Counted from the stretch's first letter, positions 1 to 8,917 are shown. The stretch: DNA of 37,859 nucleotides from a virus (IMGVR_UViG_3300026484_000284:64001-101859); one strand, 5' to 3'. Notes: a model not told the origin generated them from the letters alone. Translations and numbers: made by a program.

Positions 1-72
1 ATCCTTCAAAAATGATTTTGAATTTACTTTTTTTAATCTAAGATCTGATTCAAAGTTATTGATTTTTTTCAT
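1..72 (-). CDS. Hypothetical protein, 5' part only (MKKINNFESDLRLKKVNSKSFLKD...), runs off the window
   Basis: Hand-read ATG at 72 with AAAGGA RBS upstream; frame open to position 1. Confidence 0.6.
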   Translation of the reverse strand, partial: MKKINNFESDLRLKKVNSKSFLKD

Positions 73-102
73 GCGACATCCTTTATTGATTTGAATTAAA
101 AA

Positions 103-666
103 TTAAAGTGCTGTTCTAAGCACTTCATTCGTTCTTTTAAGTGTTTTTCTTAACTCATTTACATCTAATACAACTTCATTTTTTGAAATATATTCTTCTA
201 ATAAGTCAATTGCTTTTTTAGTTTTTTCGTCTTTTCTGTAACTCATTCTTTCTCTTAATTGAGTTACCATATCAAGTGTTACTTTTACAGGTTTATATGA
301 TGTTATTCTTTTTTCAAAACCATCTGTTCCCCAAGCAATTTCTGAAAGATATTCAACGGCATACTTTAATTCATAACTATCATTTTCTTCTAGTAAATCT
401 GCGAATGCTACTAACCCAGTCATTCTCGCACCGATGTGTTTTAATAGTTCTCTATTTTCAACATTATACATAGAGTATTTTGCTCTTCTAACCATAAAAT
501 CTTGACCTTCTAATCCGTTTTCATTTTCAGTTAAAACCACTTTATCTAAATGTTTCCATAATTGATTTCTACTATTTTCCCAATAACCATCGCTAAATTG
601 ACCCATTAACTCGTTTTCTAAAATACTTTTTACTTTTTTGTCATTTGTTTTGATTGTTAATTTCAT
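103..666 (-). CDS. Hypothetical early protein, 187 aa
   Basis: ORF with AAAAAGGA RBS behind a consensus sigma70-type promoter. Confidence 0.8.
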   Translation of the reverse strand: MKLTIKTNDKKVKSILENELMGQFSDGYWENSRNQLWKHLDKVVLTENENGLEGQDFMVRRAKYSMYNVENRELLKHIGARMTGLVAFADLLEENDSYELKYAVEYLSEIAWGTDGFEKRITSYKPVKVTLDMVTQLRERMSYRKDEKTKKAIDLLEEYISKNEVVLDVNELRKTLKRTNEVLRTAL

Positions 667-711
667 GTGCTTCCTTTTTGTTTTATTTTGTTTCTTTTTG
701 TTTCTTTTTAC

Positions 712-746
712 ATTATAATTATAACTTATTTTTTTTAATTTGTCAA
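712..746 (-). promoter_or_regulatory. Class I (early) promoter TTGACA-N17-TATAAT followed by a second TATAAT
   Basis: -35 at 746-741, -10 at 723-718, 17-bp spacer counted by hand. Confidence 0.85.
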
Positions 747-788
747 GTGTTTTTAAAAATTTTTAAAAAATTTTACCACAATTAACAA

Positions 789-1295
789 CTAAACCCTATT
801 AATATCTGTGTCAGTTATTGTAATTTGCCCATATTTTTCAATATCAAAAATATAATTGGTCGTGCTTACACTCGCACTTGTAGATATTGAAATGTATTCA
901 TCAAAAGTTTTTTCCATTTTAGTGATTTTTAGACCATTGTCATAAACATCCTCTAAATTATGATAAAATAATCTTGATAATTCTTCTTCAAGTTTTGGAA
1001 TAATTGAATCAGGTACTTCAAAATCAATATCAAAATATGGATATGATAAACCTTCATCAATGCTTCTTTTATATTCTTTATAAAATTTTTCATAATCTTT
1101 AAATTTTGTTTTTGAAATTACTTTCCCAATTCTGTTTTTAATTATTTTTAAATCTCTATTTTCATAATATAAACAATCATCTGCTTCAACAATAAGTGAA
1201 AATAAGTCATAAGATACATAACCACCCAAAAAACTCATTACCATTTGTTTAGTGATTTTATCATATTCAATTTCTTTTAGTGTTTTAAATTTCAT
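789..1295 (-). CDS. Hypothetical early protein, 168 aa
   Basis: ORF, AAAAAGGA RBS, own promoter. Confidence 0.8.
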   Translation of the reverse strand: MKFKTLKEIEYDKITKQMVMSFLGGYVSYDLFSLIVEADDCLYYENRDLKIIKNRIGKVISKTKFKDYEKFYKEYKRSIDEGLSYPYFDIDFEVPDSIIPKLEEELSRLFYHNLEDVYDNGLKITKMEKTFDEYISISTSASVSTTNYIFDIEKYGQITITDTDINRV

Positions 1296-1321
1296 GTGGT
1301 TCCTTTTTGTTTTATATCATA

Positions 1322-1350
1322 ATTATAACTAAAATTTAATTAAAAGTCAA
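1322..1350 (-). promoter_or_regulatory. Class I promoter TTGACT-N17-TATAAT
   Basis: -35 at 1350-1345, -10 at 1327-1322. Confidence 0.85.
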
Positions 1351-1370
1351 GTGTTTTTTAATGTTTTTTA

Positions 1371-1571
1371 TTATAAATTCAATAAAGTTACATAAGTATA
1401 ATCTTCGCTTTCACATTCAATTTCTGAAATATGGAATAATTGATTTAAAATATCATCATAAACATAACTTGCTTTCTCATCTAGTGTTTCACTTAATCTA
1501 ATATCATAAAAATGTTCTACATATTTTAAGTCTTCATAAATTTCTTCTTTTAATTCTTTTATGCTTTTCAT
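1371..1571 (-). CDS. Small acidic early protein, 66 aa
   Basis: ORF, AAAAGGAG RBS, own promoter. Confidence 0.8.
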   Translation of the reverse strand: MKSIKELKEEIYEDLKYVEHFYDIRLSETLDEKASYVYDDILNQLFHISEIECESEDYTYVTLLNL

Positions 1572-1600
1572 CGTGTCTCCTTTTGTTAATTTATATTATA

Positions 1601-1629
1601 ATTATAACAGAAAGAAATAGATTTGTCAA
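1601..1629 (-). promoter_or_regulatory. Class I promoter TTGACA-N17-TATAAT
   Basis: -35 at 1629-1624, -10 at 1606-1601. Confidence 0.85.
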
Positions 1630-1653
1630 GTAAAATCTATAAAAATTTTAAAT

Positions 1654-1854
1654 TTATCTATAAATTTTTATTCCATATGGGTGTTTTAAAGTAGTATTTA
1701 TCTCACTTCCTTTAAATGTACCACTACCAATGGGAAGTGGATTAAAGTGAAAGCAGGTTTTAGCAGTTGAACCTTCAAGAGAAAGTTTTGAATTTTCACA
1801 ATATAATTTTTCTGAAGCAGACAAAAAAGAAAGAAGAAGTAAAATTAAAACCAT
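1654..1854 (-). CDS. Small protein with signal-peptide-like N-terminus, 66 aa
   Basis: Hydrophobic MVLILLLLSFLSA; start overlaps the end of the upstream gene. Confidence 0.5.
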   Translation of the reverse strand: MVLILLLLSFLSASEKLYCENSKLSLEGSTAKTCFHFNPLPIGSGTFKGSEINTTLKHPYGIKIYR

Positions 1855-2372
1855 CCTGAATACCCATCGTCATCGTTGTCTTCATCATTTGTATCTTTCT
1901 TTCTAATTAAAATGTATATATTACTTTTTTCTTTAATCATTTTTTCATTATTGACTGCTTCTAATTGAATTATGAATCCCCTATTCTGACCTGTATTACC
2001 ATCTGATTTTATTTCAATATCAACTGTCGTTCCTGTTCCATCTGAATTTATAGTGATGTTTTTATCTAACTCGGTATAGTCAATTCCATCCTCAGCAGAT
2101 AAAGAATAAGTTTTACAATTTATAGTTATATCGTCAGGTAATTTTTTTGAAATGTTTATATCTATCGTTATATTGGTATCTTCGTCAGGTGTATCTGTTT
2201 TGACTTGACTTGAAAGAATTGAAGAACGGTCAGTGGAAATGAAGTACGAAGTCATTGTTCCGGGAATTTCTAAGTTGCCATTATTGTCAAGGTTGAGGGT
2301 GGTAAATCCATTATACTCAACCCTATAACCAAATAATAAAGTGAAACAGAAGAGAACAGGTAAAAGTTTCAT
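1845..2372 (-). CDS. Exported protein with Calx-beta-like Ig-fold domain, 175 aa
   Basis: Signal peptide MKLLPVLFCFTLLFG; SAEDGIDY...ITI...VDIEIKSDG...FIIQL resembles the Calx-beta A-x-x-G-x-D-Y pattern. Confidence 0.55.
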   Translation of the reverse strand: MKLLPVLFCFTLLFGYRVEYNGFTTLNLDNNGNLEIPGTMTSYFISTDRSSILSSQVKTDTPDEDTNITIDINISKKLPDDITINCKTYSLSAEDGIDYTELDKNITINSDGTGTTVDIEIKSDGNTGQNRGFIIQLEAVNNEKMIKEKSNIYILIRKKDTNDEDNDDDGYSGWF

Positions 2373-2387
2373 TTTTACATCCTTATA

Positions 2388-2852
2388 TTATATCTTTATG
2401 TAATGCTGTTTGTAATAATTAACTATTTTTTTAAAAACTTCCATATTGGGAGTATATCTTACATTTTGTAAAATTGAGCATTCTTTTGAAAACTTTTCAA
2501 AATTATACTCATCTAATTTTTTTAAACATTTATTATAAGTTATTGCCATTGCTACAGTAGCACTTCTGCTTTCGCCTGCATCACAATGAATAATAAGATT
2601 ATCTTTACTTGAAAATTTTATGATTTTTTTAATAGTTTCATTATCAATATCATCCCAAAAATGAATTCTAAGAACACTATTAAATTTCTTATATTCATCT
2701 TGGGTAATAAAATTGTCATTTGATATTGAAATAAGATTATAACTTGAAAAATCATTTGAATTTTTATTTATCATTAGCAAAGATTTCAATTCAAATTTTG
2801 AAATAATTGCCTTAATATGTTTATTAGAAGAGGTGTTAATATGTCTAACCAT
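2388..2852 (-). CDS. Protein tyrosine / dual-specificity phosphatase family protein
   Basis: HCDAGESRS = HCX5R(S) catalytic loop; upstream HFWDD acid loop. Confidence 0.75.
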   Translation of the reverse strand: MVRHINTSSNKHIKAIISKFELKSLLMINKNSNDFSSYNLISISNDNFITQDEYKKFNSVLRIHFWDDIDNETIKKIIKFSSKDNLIIHCDAGESRSATVAMAITYNKCLKKLDEYNFEKFSKECSILQNVRYTPNMEVFKKIVNYYKQHYIKI

Positions 2853-2909
2853 TTTTAAAAACCTTAATTTTTAAATTATTTAATTATAAATACTGCTTCA
2901 AACACTGCT

Positions 2910-3275
2910 TCAAATGTTTGATTTCGTGCAAGCAAATCCCTCCATTGTGCCTGGTGTCTTAATCGTTATTAAATAAATGCCATTTTTGATTTCGTCTTCA
3001 CTCACATAAACTGTCACATCACTATTTTTGAACTTTTTATAATTGTTTTTTCCAACTTTTAACTTTTCACCTGTATTGTAACAAGTTCCTGTAGCATTTT
3101 CTGTCCCATCAGTGATAGCAATTTTAACTTTATATTTATCTTCTATTACAAGCAGTTTATCTTTAAATTTCCAACTAAGCATTACTCCATTTTCTTGTTT
3201 TTGAGTTGAAACACATTTATACTCAGCACCAAATAACCCTGCCACAACCATAACTAATAATAACATTTTTTTCAT
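2910..3275 (-). CDS. Exported hypothetical protein, 121 aa
   Basis: Signal peptide MKKMLLLVMVVAGLFGA; AAAAAGGA RBS. Confidence 0.75.
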   Translation of the reverse strand: MKKMLLLVMVVAGLFGAEYKCVSTQKQENGVMLSWKFKDKLLVIEDKYKVKIAITDGTENATGTCYNTGEKLKVGKNNYKKFKNSDVTVYVSEDEIKNGIYLITIKTPGTMEGFACTKSNI

Positions 3276-3850
3276 TTTACATCCTTTTTACTTTTATTTT
3301 TATTTTTCGTCTTTTTTGTTTTTATACAAACTAATCCATTGAATTCGTTTATCTTGAATTCATAAAAGGTTTTATTGCCTTTTAAATTATAATCACTTTT
3401 AATTTTTACTTCTATGCCGTTATCAATTTGTTCCTCAAACCCTAACTCTTTTAATAAAGTTTCAAAAATAACTCTTGCCCCGTCTATTGAAAAATCGTCA
3501 ATTACATTTCTTGTTAAGAAACAATCTTCCTCATCTATCATCATTTCTGTAATAATGTTCATCAAGGCAACATTCACTAAAAATTCAAATTCATTCGTTT
3601 TTACTGAATAATAACAAAAATATCTTTCGATTGGTGTTCTATCAAACCCTTTATCTTCTTCTTTATAAGTTACATTTTCAATACCACACATAAATTTACA
3701 GATATTATTAAATGTTTTAACTATATCTTTTTTAAGTATTGGTGTCTTCTTTTTTGTCTTTTTTGCTTTTAAGTCATCTTCATTAACAACTTCAAGTAAA
3801 GCATTAACAATATCCTTTGAAACTAAATTCTCATCATTAGGATAACTCAT
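3272..3850 (-). CDS. Hypothetical protein, 192 aa
   Basis: ORF overlapping both neighbours; AAGGAG RBS. Confidence 0.75.
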   Translation of the reverse strand: MSYPNDENLVSKDIVNALLEVVNEDDLKAKKTKKKTPILKKDIVKTFNNICKFMCGIENVTYKEEDKGFDRTPIERYFCYYSVKTNEFEFLVNVALMNIITEMMIDEEDCFLTRNVIDDFSIDGARVIFETLLKELGFEEQIDNGIEVKIKSDYNLKGNKTFYEFKINEFNGLVCIKTKKTKNKNKSKKDVK

Positions 3851-4133
3851 TTCGTAACTCCTTAATCATTTTTTCTCTAAACATATATTTTATCTCATTC
3901 TTTCTTCTATGATGTTTATTTTTGTAATGAAGATTTTGTATTTTATTCATTTTATTACAGTCAAAATTTGACTGTCCCAAATTTAATATCTTCCAGACTT
4001 CATACTTTGTCATAATTGACTTTTTTAATTTTCTTCTATACACTCTAAAAGAATGCAAGTCGTCATAAAACGACGAACCATCACTTCGCATAAGTGATAA
4101 CTCTCTCCACTCTTTAAATTTCCACTCAACCAT
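3837..4133 (-). CDS. Basic hypothetical protein, 98 aa
   Basis: ORF in tightly packed operon. Confidence 0.65.
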   Translation of the reverse strand: MVEWKFKEWRELSLMRSDGSSFYDDLHSFRVYRRKLKKSIMTKYEVWKILNLGQSNFDCNKMNKIQNLHYKNKHHRRKNEIKYMFREKMIKELRNELS

Positions 4134-4135
4134 TA

Positions 4136-4363
4136 CTAATCCTCATATTTATAATCTTTAAGATTTACTAATGTGATTTTATCACTAATATCTATCTTTC
4201 CAGCATCAATATCTTTAATGGTTTTATTTTTTGTATCGACCTTTCTAATAATACAAAATACACTCATTCCAAAATCAAAATCCGTCTGTGGGTTTGCTAT
4301 GATGAATTCATTCGGTTCATTTGAAACTATTTTATCTAAAAGTATATTCACTTCTTTTGTCAT
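4136..4363 (-). CDS. Hypothetical protein, 75 aa (start revised to MTKEV)
   Basis: AAAGGAG RBS precedes the ATG at 4363, not the one at 4399. Confidence 0.7.
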   Translation of the reverse strand: MTKEVNILLDKIVSNEPNEFIIANPQTDFDFGMSVFCIIRKVDTKNKTIKDIDAGKIDISDKITLVNLKDYKYED

Positions 4364-4388
4364 TTCTTCTCCTTTAAAGTTAATTTGA

Positions 4389-6218
4389 TTAAGAAACAAG
4401 TTCTAATAATAGTCCCATTTCTGGGTTTCTTAAATCTAACACTCTTGTTTCTTCATCTTCTTCAATCTCTTCAAGTTCTAAGTCGTTGAAATATAGATAT
4501 GAGTCAAGTTGTCTTCTTAACATATCTTCTACCCCTAATGGATCTTGTCCTGAAACTTGTGTCATTTTATTGTTTGCTAAAAAATAAAATGTATCACTAT
4601 CAATAATACCAATCGTTTCTTCTCTATCTTTAGGTTTGATGTTTGTCTCGAAAACTATTTGACTCTTCTCTAACATTCTGTTATTGACTATATCTTCAGC
4701 ATCACCTATGAAAAATTTGTAATTCAAATCAGGATGAGTTCCAGTATATAGATTCACCTTAACATTAAACAAATTTTTTGTTTTGAATTTCAATAATTCT
4801 GTTGCTCCATTTGGTCTTGGTGCATTTGTAATATCTCCTGAATAAGTGGCATTACCTGTCCAATTACTATTCCACCCGATTTTGGCAACACTATTTGTGG
4901 CACTTAAATCCAAATCAACCCTACTCGATAAAGTATCTTCTAAGTCAAGATTGAACCAATGAATTCCTACAACAGGATTATTGCTTATTTCAATTTTACT
5001 TCCAAAAGGAAAATTACCTACAAACTTTTTACCACTCTCAGGTAATGCGACTTTTATGTTACTATCAAACCCTATGATTTTGATATTACTTTCTTTAAGT
5101 TTTTTGTTTAACTTTTTAGAAAGTCTTTTGATGATAACTTTTTTAACCATTTTAAGATATTCATTGCTTACTTTTTTGTTATAACTGTCTAAAAATGTTT
5201 TACCATTTCTAACTTGATATTGTATCAAGTCGCCATCATTTGTTAGAAGTCTTGTATTAACTGCTCTATAAAGTTTTAAAATGTAACTAATATCCATTTC
5301 TTTAATGATTGACTTGATTTCACTTTTTGAATGTTCTTTAGAAGTTACCATTAAATATTCTGCTGTTTTAACAGGTTTATGGTATTTTTTAGATAATCTT
5401 GAAATTTTGTTTATAATACTTCTATTATATAAGTTTTTCATCATTACAAAAATTTCTTTATATCTATTGAAAATTTCAGCAAAGGGTTTATAACCATATA
5501 ACTCGATATGTCTTTCAAGGTCATTTGAAAAATCTTTTCTCGACACTAACTCTTGGAATTCTATATTTTTAACAAATGGCATTTGATATCTGTTAGCAAT
5601 CATTCTGAAGAAGTCTTCACCTTTTGCAGGAATACCTACTTTGTCTAATACCGACATTTTTAAGTCTTTGCTACCGATATCCCATTTTTGAATTAGATTG
5701 TATTTATCTTTAATTGAACCCTCAATCTTTTCAGATAAAATATCAGCAATTTCATATACTAAATCATTATCTAATGCGATGTTTTGTCTAATAACTTGAA
5801 ATAGTTTTTCAAAAAATTCATTTTCACTCATTACTTCGATTGTTTTAATCTCATAACCATTTAAGAATTCTACAACACCTTCATCCTCTTCAAAATCCGT
5901 GGGTTTTACTCCTGTCAAGTAATGGAGAATTTGATAAAATATTCTTGTTCCTTCAACTTCACTATTGACAACATCTTCCCATCTTCTAAAAAATGTTTCT
6001 TTCAACTCATTATTTGAAATATAATACTTTGAAACAACATCAAAAGCAGCACTTAAACATTTATCGCTCATTCCTGAAAAATCAAAATAAACACCTTTTG
6101 AGAATAAATCCATAGAATATCTTTGTAAATTCTTTTCTTTTAAGTCTGTTTCGTCATCCTTAACTAAACCATTAAACAATTTCATTGCTACATTTTGTTT
6201 TATCATACAATTTTTCAT
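4389..6218 (-). CDS. Large early protein with C-terminal TerD-like region, 609 aa
   Basis: RVDLDLSA...IGWN...YSGDITNAP..GATE resembles TerD DLDLS / SGD motifs (recalled). Confidence 0.5.
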   Translation of the reverse strand: MKNCMIKQNVAMKLFNGLVKDDETDLKEKNLQRYSMDLFSKGVYFDFSGMSDKCLSAAFDVVSKYYISNNELKETFFRRWEDVVNSEVEGTRIFYQILHYLTGVKPTDFEEDEGVVEFLNGYEIKTIEVMSENEFFEKLFQVIRQNIALDNDLVYEIADILSEKIEGSIKDKYNLIQKWDIGSKDLKMSVLDKVGIPAKGEDFFRMIANRYQMPFVKNIEFQELVSRKDFSNDLERHIELYGYKPFAEIFNRYKEIFVMMKNLYNRSIINKISRLSKKYHKPVKTAEYLMVTSKEHSKSEIKSIIKEMDISYILKLYRAVNTRLLTNDGDLIQYQVRNGKTFLDSYNKKVSNEYLKMVKKVIIKRLSKKLNKKLKESNIKIIGFDSNIKVALPESGKKFVGNFPFGSKIEISNNPVVGIHWFNLDLEDTLSSRVDLDLSATNSVAKIGWNSNWTGNATYSGDITNAPRPNGATELLKFKTKNLFNVKVNLYTGTHPDLNYKFFIGDAEDIVNNRMLEKSQIVFETNIKPKDREETIGIIDSDTFYFLANNKMTQVSGQDPLGVEDMLRRQLDSYLYFNDLELEEIEEDEETRVLDLRNPEMGLLLELVS

Positions 6219-6252
6219 TTATGCTCCTTTTTATTTATCATGTGATGTTATA

Positions 6253-6281
6253 ATTATAATATAAAAATTTGAAAAAGTCAA
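6253..6281 (-). promoter_or_regulatory. Class I promoter TTGACT-N17-TATAAT
   Basis: -35 at 6281-6276, -10 at 6258-6253. Confidence 0.85.
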
Positions 6282-6289
6282 GGACTTTT

Positions 6290-6718
6290 TCATCTTTTCT
6301 TAAAAAAGTTTATAAGTTTTGAAGGTATCGCTTTCAAACCACCTTTAATAGGTTCATCTTTCTTATTAGTTTCGCAACTAACCCTATTACTAACCTCATT
6401 TTCTTCAACTTGTTCCACTTTTTCTTTTGGTACTTCGTAAAGTGCTACTTCTTTGTCTGGTATGGTGGTATTTTTAGTTGGGTTCTCCTCAAAAAATTTC
6501 ACATTAAACTTTTTGGTTACTTTTAACCATTCATTATGCACTTCTAGAACATCTATTTTTTCATCAAGTTCTTTCCATTTAATACTTGAAAAAACAAATT
6601 TCTGAGGTTCTATTTTTTGAAGTTTCTCCTTAAGATTATTTTTTTCAATATAATCTAACAATTTACTTTCTTTGATGATTTTCTTTTTTTCTAACCATCT
6701 TGTAAAAATTACATCCAT
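6290..6718 (-). CDS. Hypothetical protein, probably late, 142 aa
   Basis: AAAAGGA RBS; TAAATA at 6742-6737. Confidence 0.75.
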   Translation of the reverse strand: MDVIFTRWLEKKKIIKESKLLDYIEKNNLKEKLQKIEPQKFVFSSIKWKELDEKIDVLEVHNEWLKVTKKFNVKFFEENPTKNTTIPDKEVALYEVPKEKVEQVEENEVSNRVSCETNKKDEPIKGGLKAIPSKLINFFKKR

Positions 6719-6792
6719 AATTATTCCTTTTAAATTTATTTAAACAATTTTTATGAATAATTATAAATTAGACTTAAAAAACCACGAAAATT

Positions 6793-7389
6793 CTAAACAT
6801 TGCCAAGGTCAGAAAATTCTTGGCAATCAAAAAACTCGACATTTACTTCTATTTCGCTCTTGTAAATTCTACCATCACATTCTTCAACCCGTGTCGATTT
6901 ACAAACATAAGCATCATCTTCTTTTTTGAATACTTCGTTTTCCTCAACTTCACTGTCATTAATGATAAATGTTTCTTTGGTTGTTCTTCTGGCAATCGTT
7001 TTCAATTCATTACTTGAACTTTTTAACTCCGTAATAGATTCAAAACTCATTTCATTTGTTTTTGGACTCACATATCTTCTTGTAGTTTCAATACTCAAAT
7101 GTCCTTCCTCTAAATCGAAAAATCTACTTTCTGCCAAGTCAAATCTATCTCTCATACTCGTAAGTGTATCAATATCAGAATTATTGTTTTCACATTCTTC
7201 ACATTCTTCATACTCGTTACATTCTTCACATTCTTCACAATCGTTACATTCTTCACATTCTTCACAATCGTTACACTCTTGTTCTTCTTTTAAAACTTCA
7301 TCAATGTGGATCAAATTGATATCCACTCCTAAAATTTTTGAAAAGACATCACCTAAAACCTCTTCGAAATTTTCAACATTATTTTTCAT
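6793..7389 (-). CDS. Acidic protein with a Cys/Glu tripeptide repeat, about 198 aa
   Basis: GAGGAG RBS favours ATG at 7389; (CNDCEECEE)n tract. Confidence 0.75.
   Translation of the reverse strand: MKNNVENFEEVLGDVFSKILGVDINLIHIDEVLKEEQECNDCEECEECNDCEECEECNEYEECEECENNNSDIDTLTSMRDRFDLAESRFFDLEEGHLSIETTRRYVSPKTNEMSFESITELKSSSNELKTIARRTTKETFIINDSEVEENEVFKKEDDAYVCKSTRVEECDGRIYKSEIEVNVEFFDCQEFSDLGNV
7190..7278 (-). repeat. Coding tandem repeat, about 3 x 27 bp with 9-bp sub-period
   Basis: tcgttacattcttcacattcttcacaa units visible; encodes CNDCEECEECNDCEECEECNEYEECEEC. Confidence 0.9.
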
Positions 7390-7726
7390 TTTCATTCTCC
7401 TCATCTTCTTTATCTTCGTTTATATTATCCAATTTTTCATTGAACTCTGCTTCATTATTAATACCTAAAACAATTTCATCTGGGATTAATATATATCTTT
7501 CACTATTGACAATAATAGGAATCCCTTCACCTTTTTTGATAGTGATAATATCATCTTCACAATACTCTAACCCTTTTGCTATTCTTGCCACTTTAACATT
7601 TTCAGTAAATGAAACTGTTTTTGTAGTTGCTAAAATAATACCTGATTCAGATTTAACTTCATCTTCTTTTTCTGCTTCGCGGATGCAAAGTAACATTTTA
7701 TTTTTTGGAATGAAATTAGGTTTCAT
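7379..7726 (-). CDS. groES: GroES/Cpn10-like co-chaperonin (functional analogue of T4 gp31)
   Basis: KSESGIILA mobile-loop motif; C-terminal YILIPDEIVLGI. Confidence 0.8.
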   Translation of the reverse strand: MKPNFIPKNKMLLCIREAEKEDEVKSESGIILATTKTVSFTENVKVARIAKGLEYCEDDIITIKKGEGIPIIVNSERYILIPDEIVLGINNEAEFNEKLDNINEDKEDEENENEK

Positions 7727-7751
7727 CTTTATCCTTTTTTTTGAATTTTTA

Positions 7752-7855
7752 TTTTATAATCTATTTTATAATTATACTTTTTTTGAAAAGAAAAATTAAC
7801 TAAAAATAAATTTTTTATAATCTTTTTTATAATTATACTTTTTTTGAAAAGAAAA
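7752..7855. repeat. 43-bp direct repeat (42/43 identical, period 61) carrying a duplicated promoter
   Basis: Copies at 7752-7794 and 7813-7855. Confidence 0.9.
7771..7800 (-). promoter_or_regulatory. Class II promoter GTTAATT-N17-TATAAT
   Basis: -10 at 7776-7771, GTTAATT at 7800-7794. Confidence 0.65.
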
Positions 7856-7861
7856 TAATTT

Positions 7862-8845
7862 TTAAAAAATATATTCTATTTCATAAACACTATTATCTTC
7901 TCCCAGTAAAGGCAACTCAAAATTTTTACCCATAACTTTCCACAAGTGAAATAAATTTTTATCTTCTCTTGTCTCATTTCTTTTTTTCAATTCATTCAAC
8001 CCTATAAGTGACACATAAATTTTAGTATTAAAATTTTTATTGAACCATTTTTTTCTACTCTTGATTGAAAGATTTGTTAGGTCTATAACAAAATCTTTTC
8101 TTGCTCTCAACAATTCACTATTCTTTTTTTGTAGTAATTTATCTATTTCTTTTTGGTCTTCACTCGTTAAATTTTTCCAGATTTCATTATAGTTGTCTGT
8201 GTTATATTTTTCTTTACCATATTCAACTAAAATACTGTCTCTACTTAACACTTCAAGTTCATTTAAGTTTTCATTTATGTAAGTAGATTTTCCACAACCA
8301 GGTAACCCAACCATTAAATGGATAGTAGGTTTATTACTATCTTTTTTAGGTAAATCAATTTCTTCTAATTCAACTTTTACATCCCTTCCTTCTTGGTATT
8401 CAAAACATATATTTCCAGCAATATCATACTTTCTGAACTCATATAAATTTTTTAATAGTTTAATGTTATGTTTAAAGTATTGTTTAATTTGTCTTTCACT
8501 TTTTTGCCATAAAACTCCGTGATAGTTTATAGTGTAAAGCATATCTATATCTTCAGGACTCAAATGACCTTTATCTCCCATTAAGTAGTCAATAGCAATT
8601 AAAGTCGATAAATGCTCGTGTCCTGAATATAATGTTCTTCCTTTATCATTTATGAATTTTGCCGCAGGTTTTCCTAAGTCGTGTAATAATCCAACTTTTT
8701 TCATAAAGTCTGTTTTTGCTAAAGCAAATACCAAACAAGTATGTGTCCAAGTGTCATCTTCAAAATGATATGTTTCACTTGGAACGATTGTTTCTTTTAA
8801 TACATTCATATAATCATTTTTTATTTTTATAAATAAATCTTTCAT
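7862..8845 (-). CDS. HD phosphohydrolase fused to P-loop kinase (HD-Pnk-like end-healing enzyme)
   Basis: H...LLHDLGKP...GHEHLS HD motifs; GLPGCGKST Walker A; DLTN and LKKRNETR polynucleotide-kinase-like motifs. Confidence 0.75.
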   Translation of the reverse strand: MKDLFIKIKNDYMNVLKETIVPSETYHFEDDTWTHTCLVFALAKTDFMKKVGLLHDLGKPAAKFINDKGRTLYSGHEHLSTLIAIDYLMGDKGHLSPEDIDMLYTINYHGVLWQKSERQIKQYFKHNIKLLKNLYEFRKYDIAGNICFEYQEGRDVKVELEEIDLPKKDSNKPTIHLMVGLPGCGKSTYINENLNELEVLSRDSILVEYGKEKYNTDNYNEIWKNLTSEDQKEIDKLLQKKNSELLRARKDFVIDLTNLSIKSRKKWFNKNFNTKIYVSLIGLNELKKRNETREDKNLFHLWKVMGKNFELPLLGEDNSVYEIEYIF

Positions 8846-8871
8846 GTGCTATCCTTTTGTTTTATATTATA

Positions 8872-8900
8872 ATTATAACAAAAAAGATGAAAAAAGTCAA
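8872..8900 (-). promoter_or_regulatory. Class I promoter TTGACT-N17-TATAAT
   Basis: -35 at 8900-8895, -10 at 8877-8872. Confidence 0.85.
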
Positions 8901-8917
8901 TAGTTTTTAAAACTTTT

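Noticed and set aside
2892-2914. ACTGCTTCAAA direct repeat resembling a MotA box
   Set aside because: Wrong strand and spacing relative to the downstream gene, and not repeated at other promoters
7190-7278. Possible CRISPR-like or origin repeat
   Set aside because: No spacers; it is an in-frame coding repeat. No CRISPR array, tRNA or rRNA was recognised anywhere in the window by eye.
6926-7468. 180-aa plus-strand ORF with SHSSHSS repeats, and the overlapping 7338..7799 ORF
   Set aside because: Antisense shadows of the Cys/Glu-repeat gene and groES; no RBS; composition is what reverse-complemented Glu/Lys codons produce
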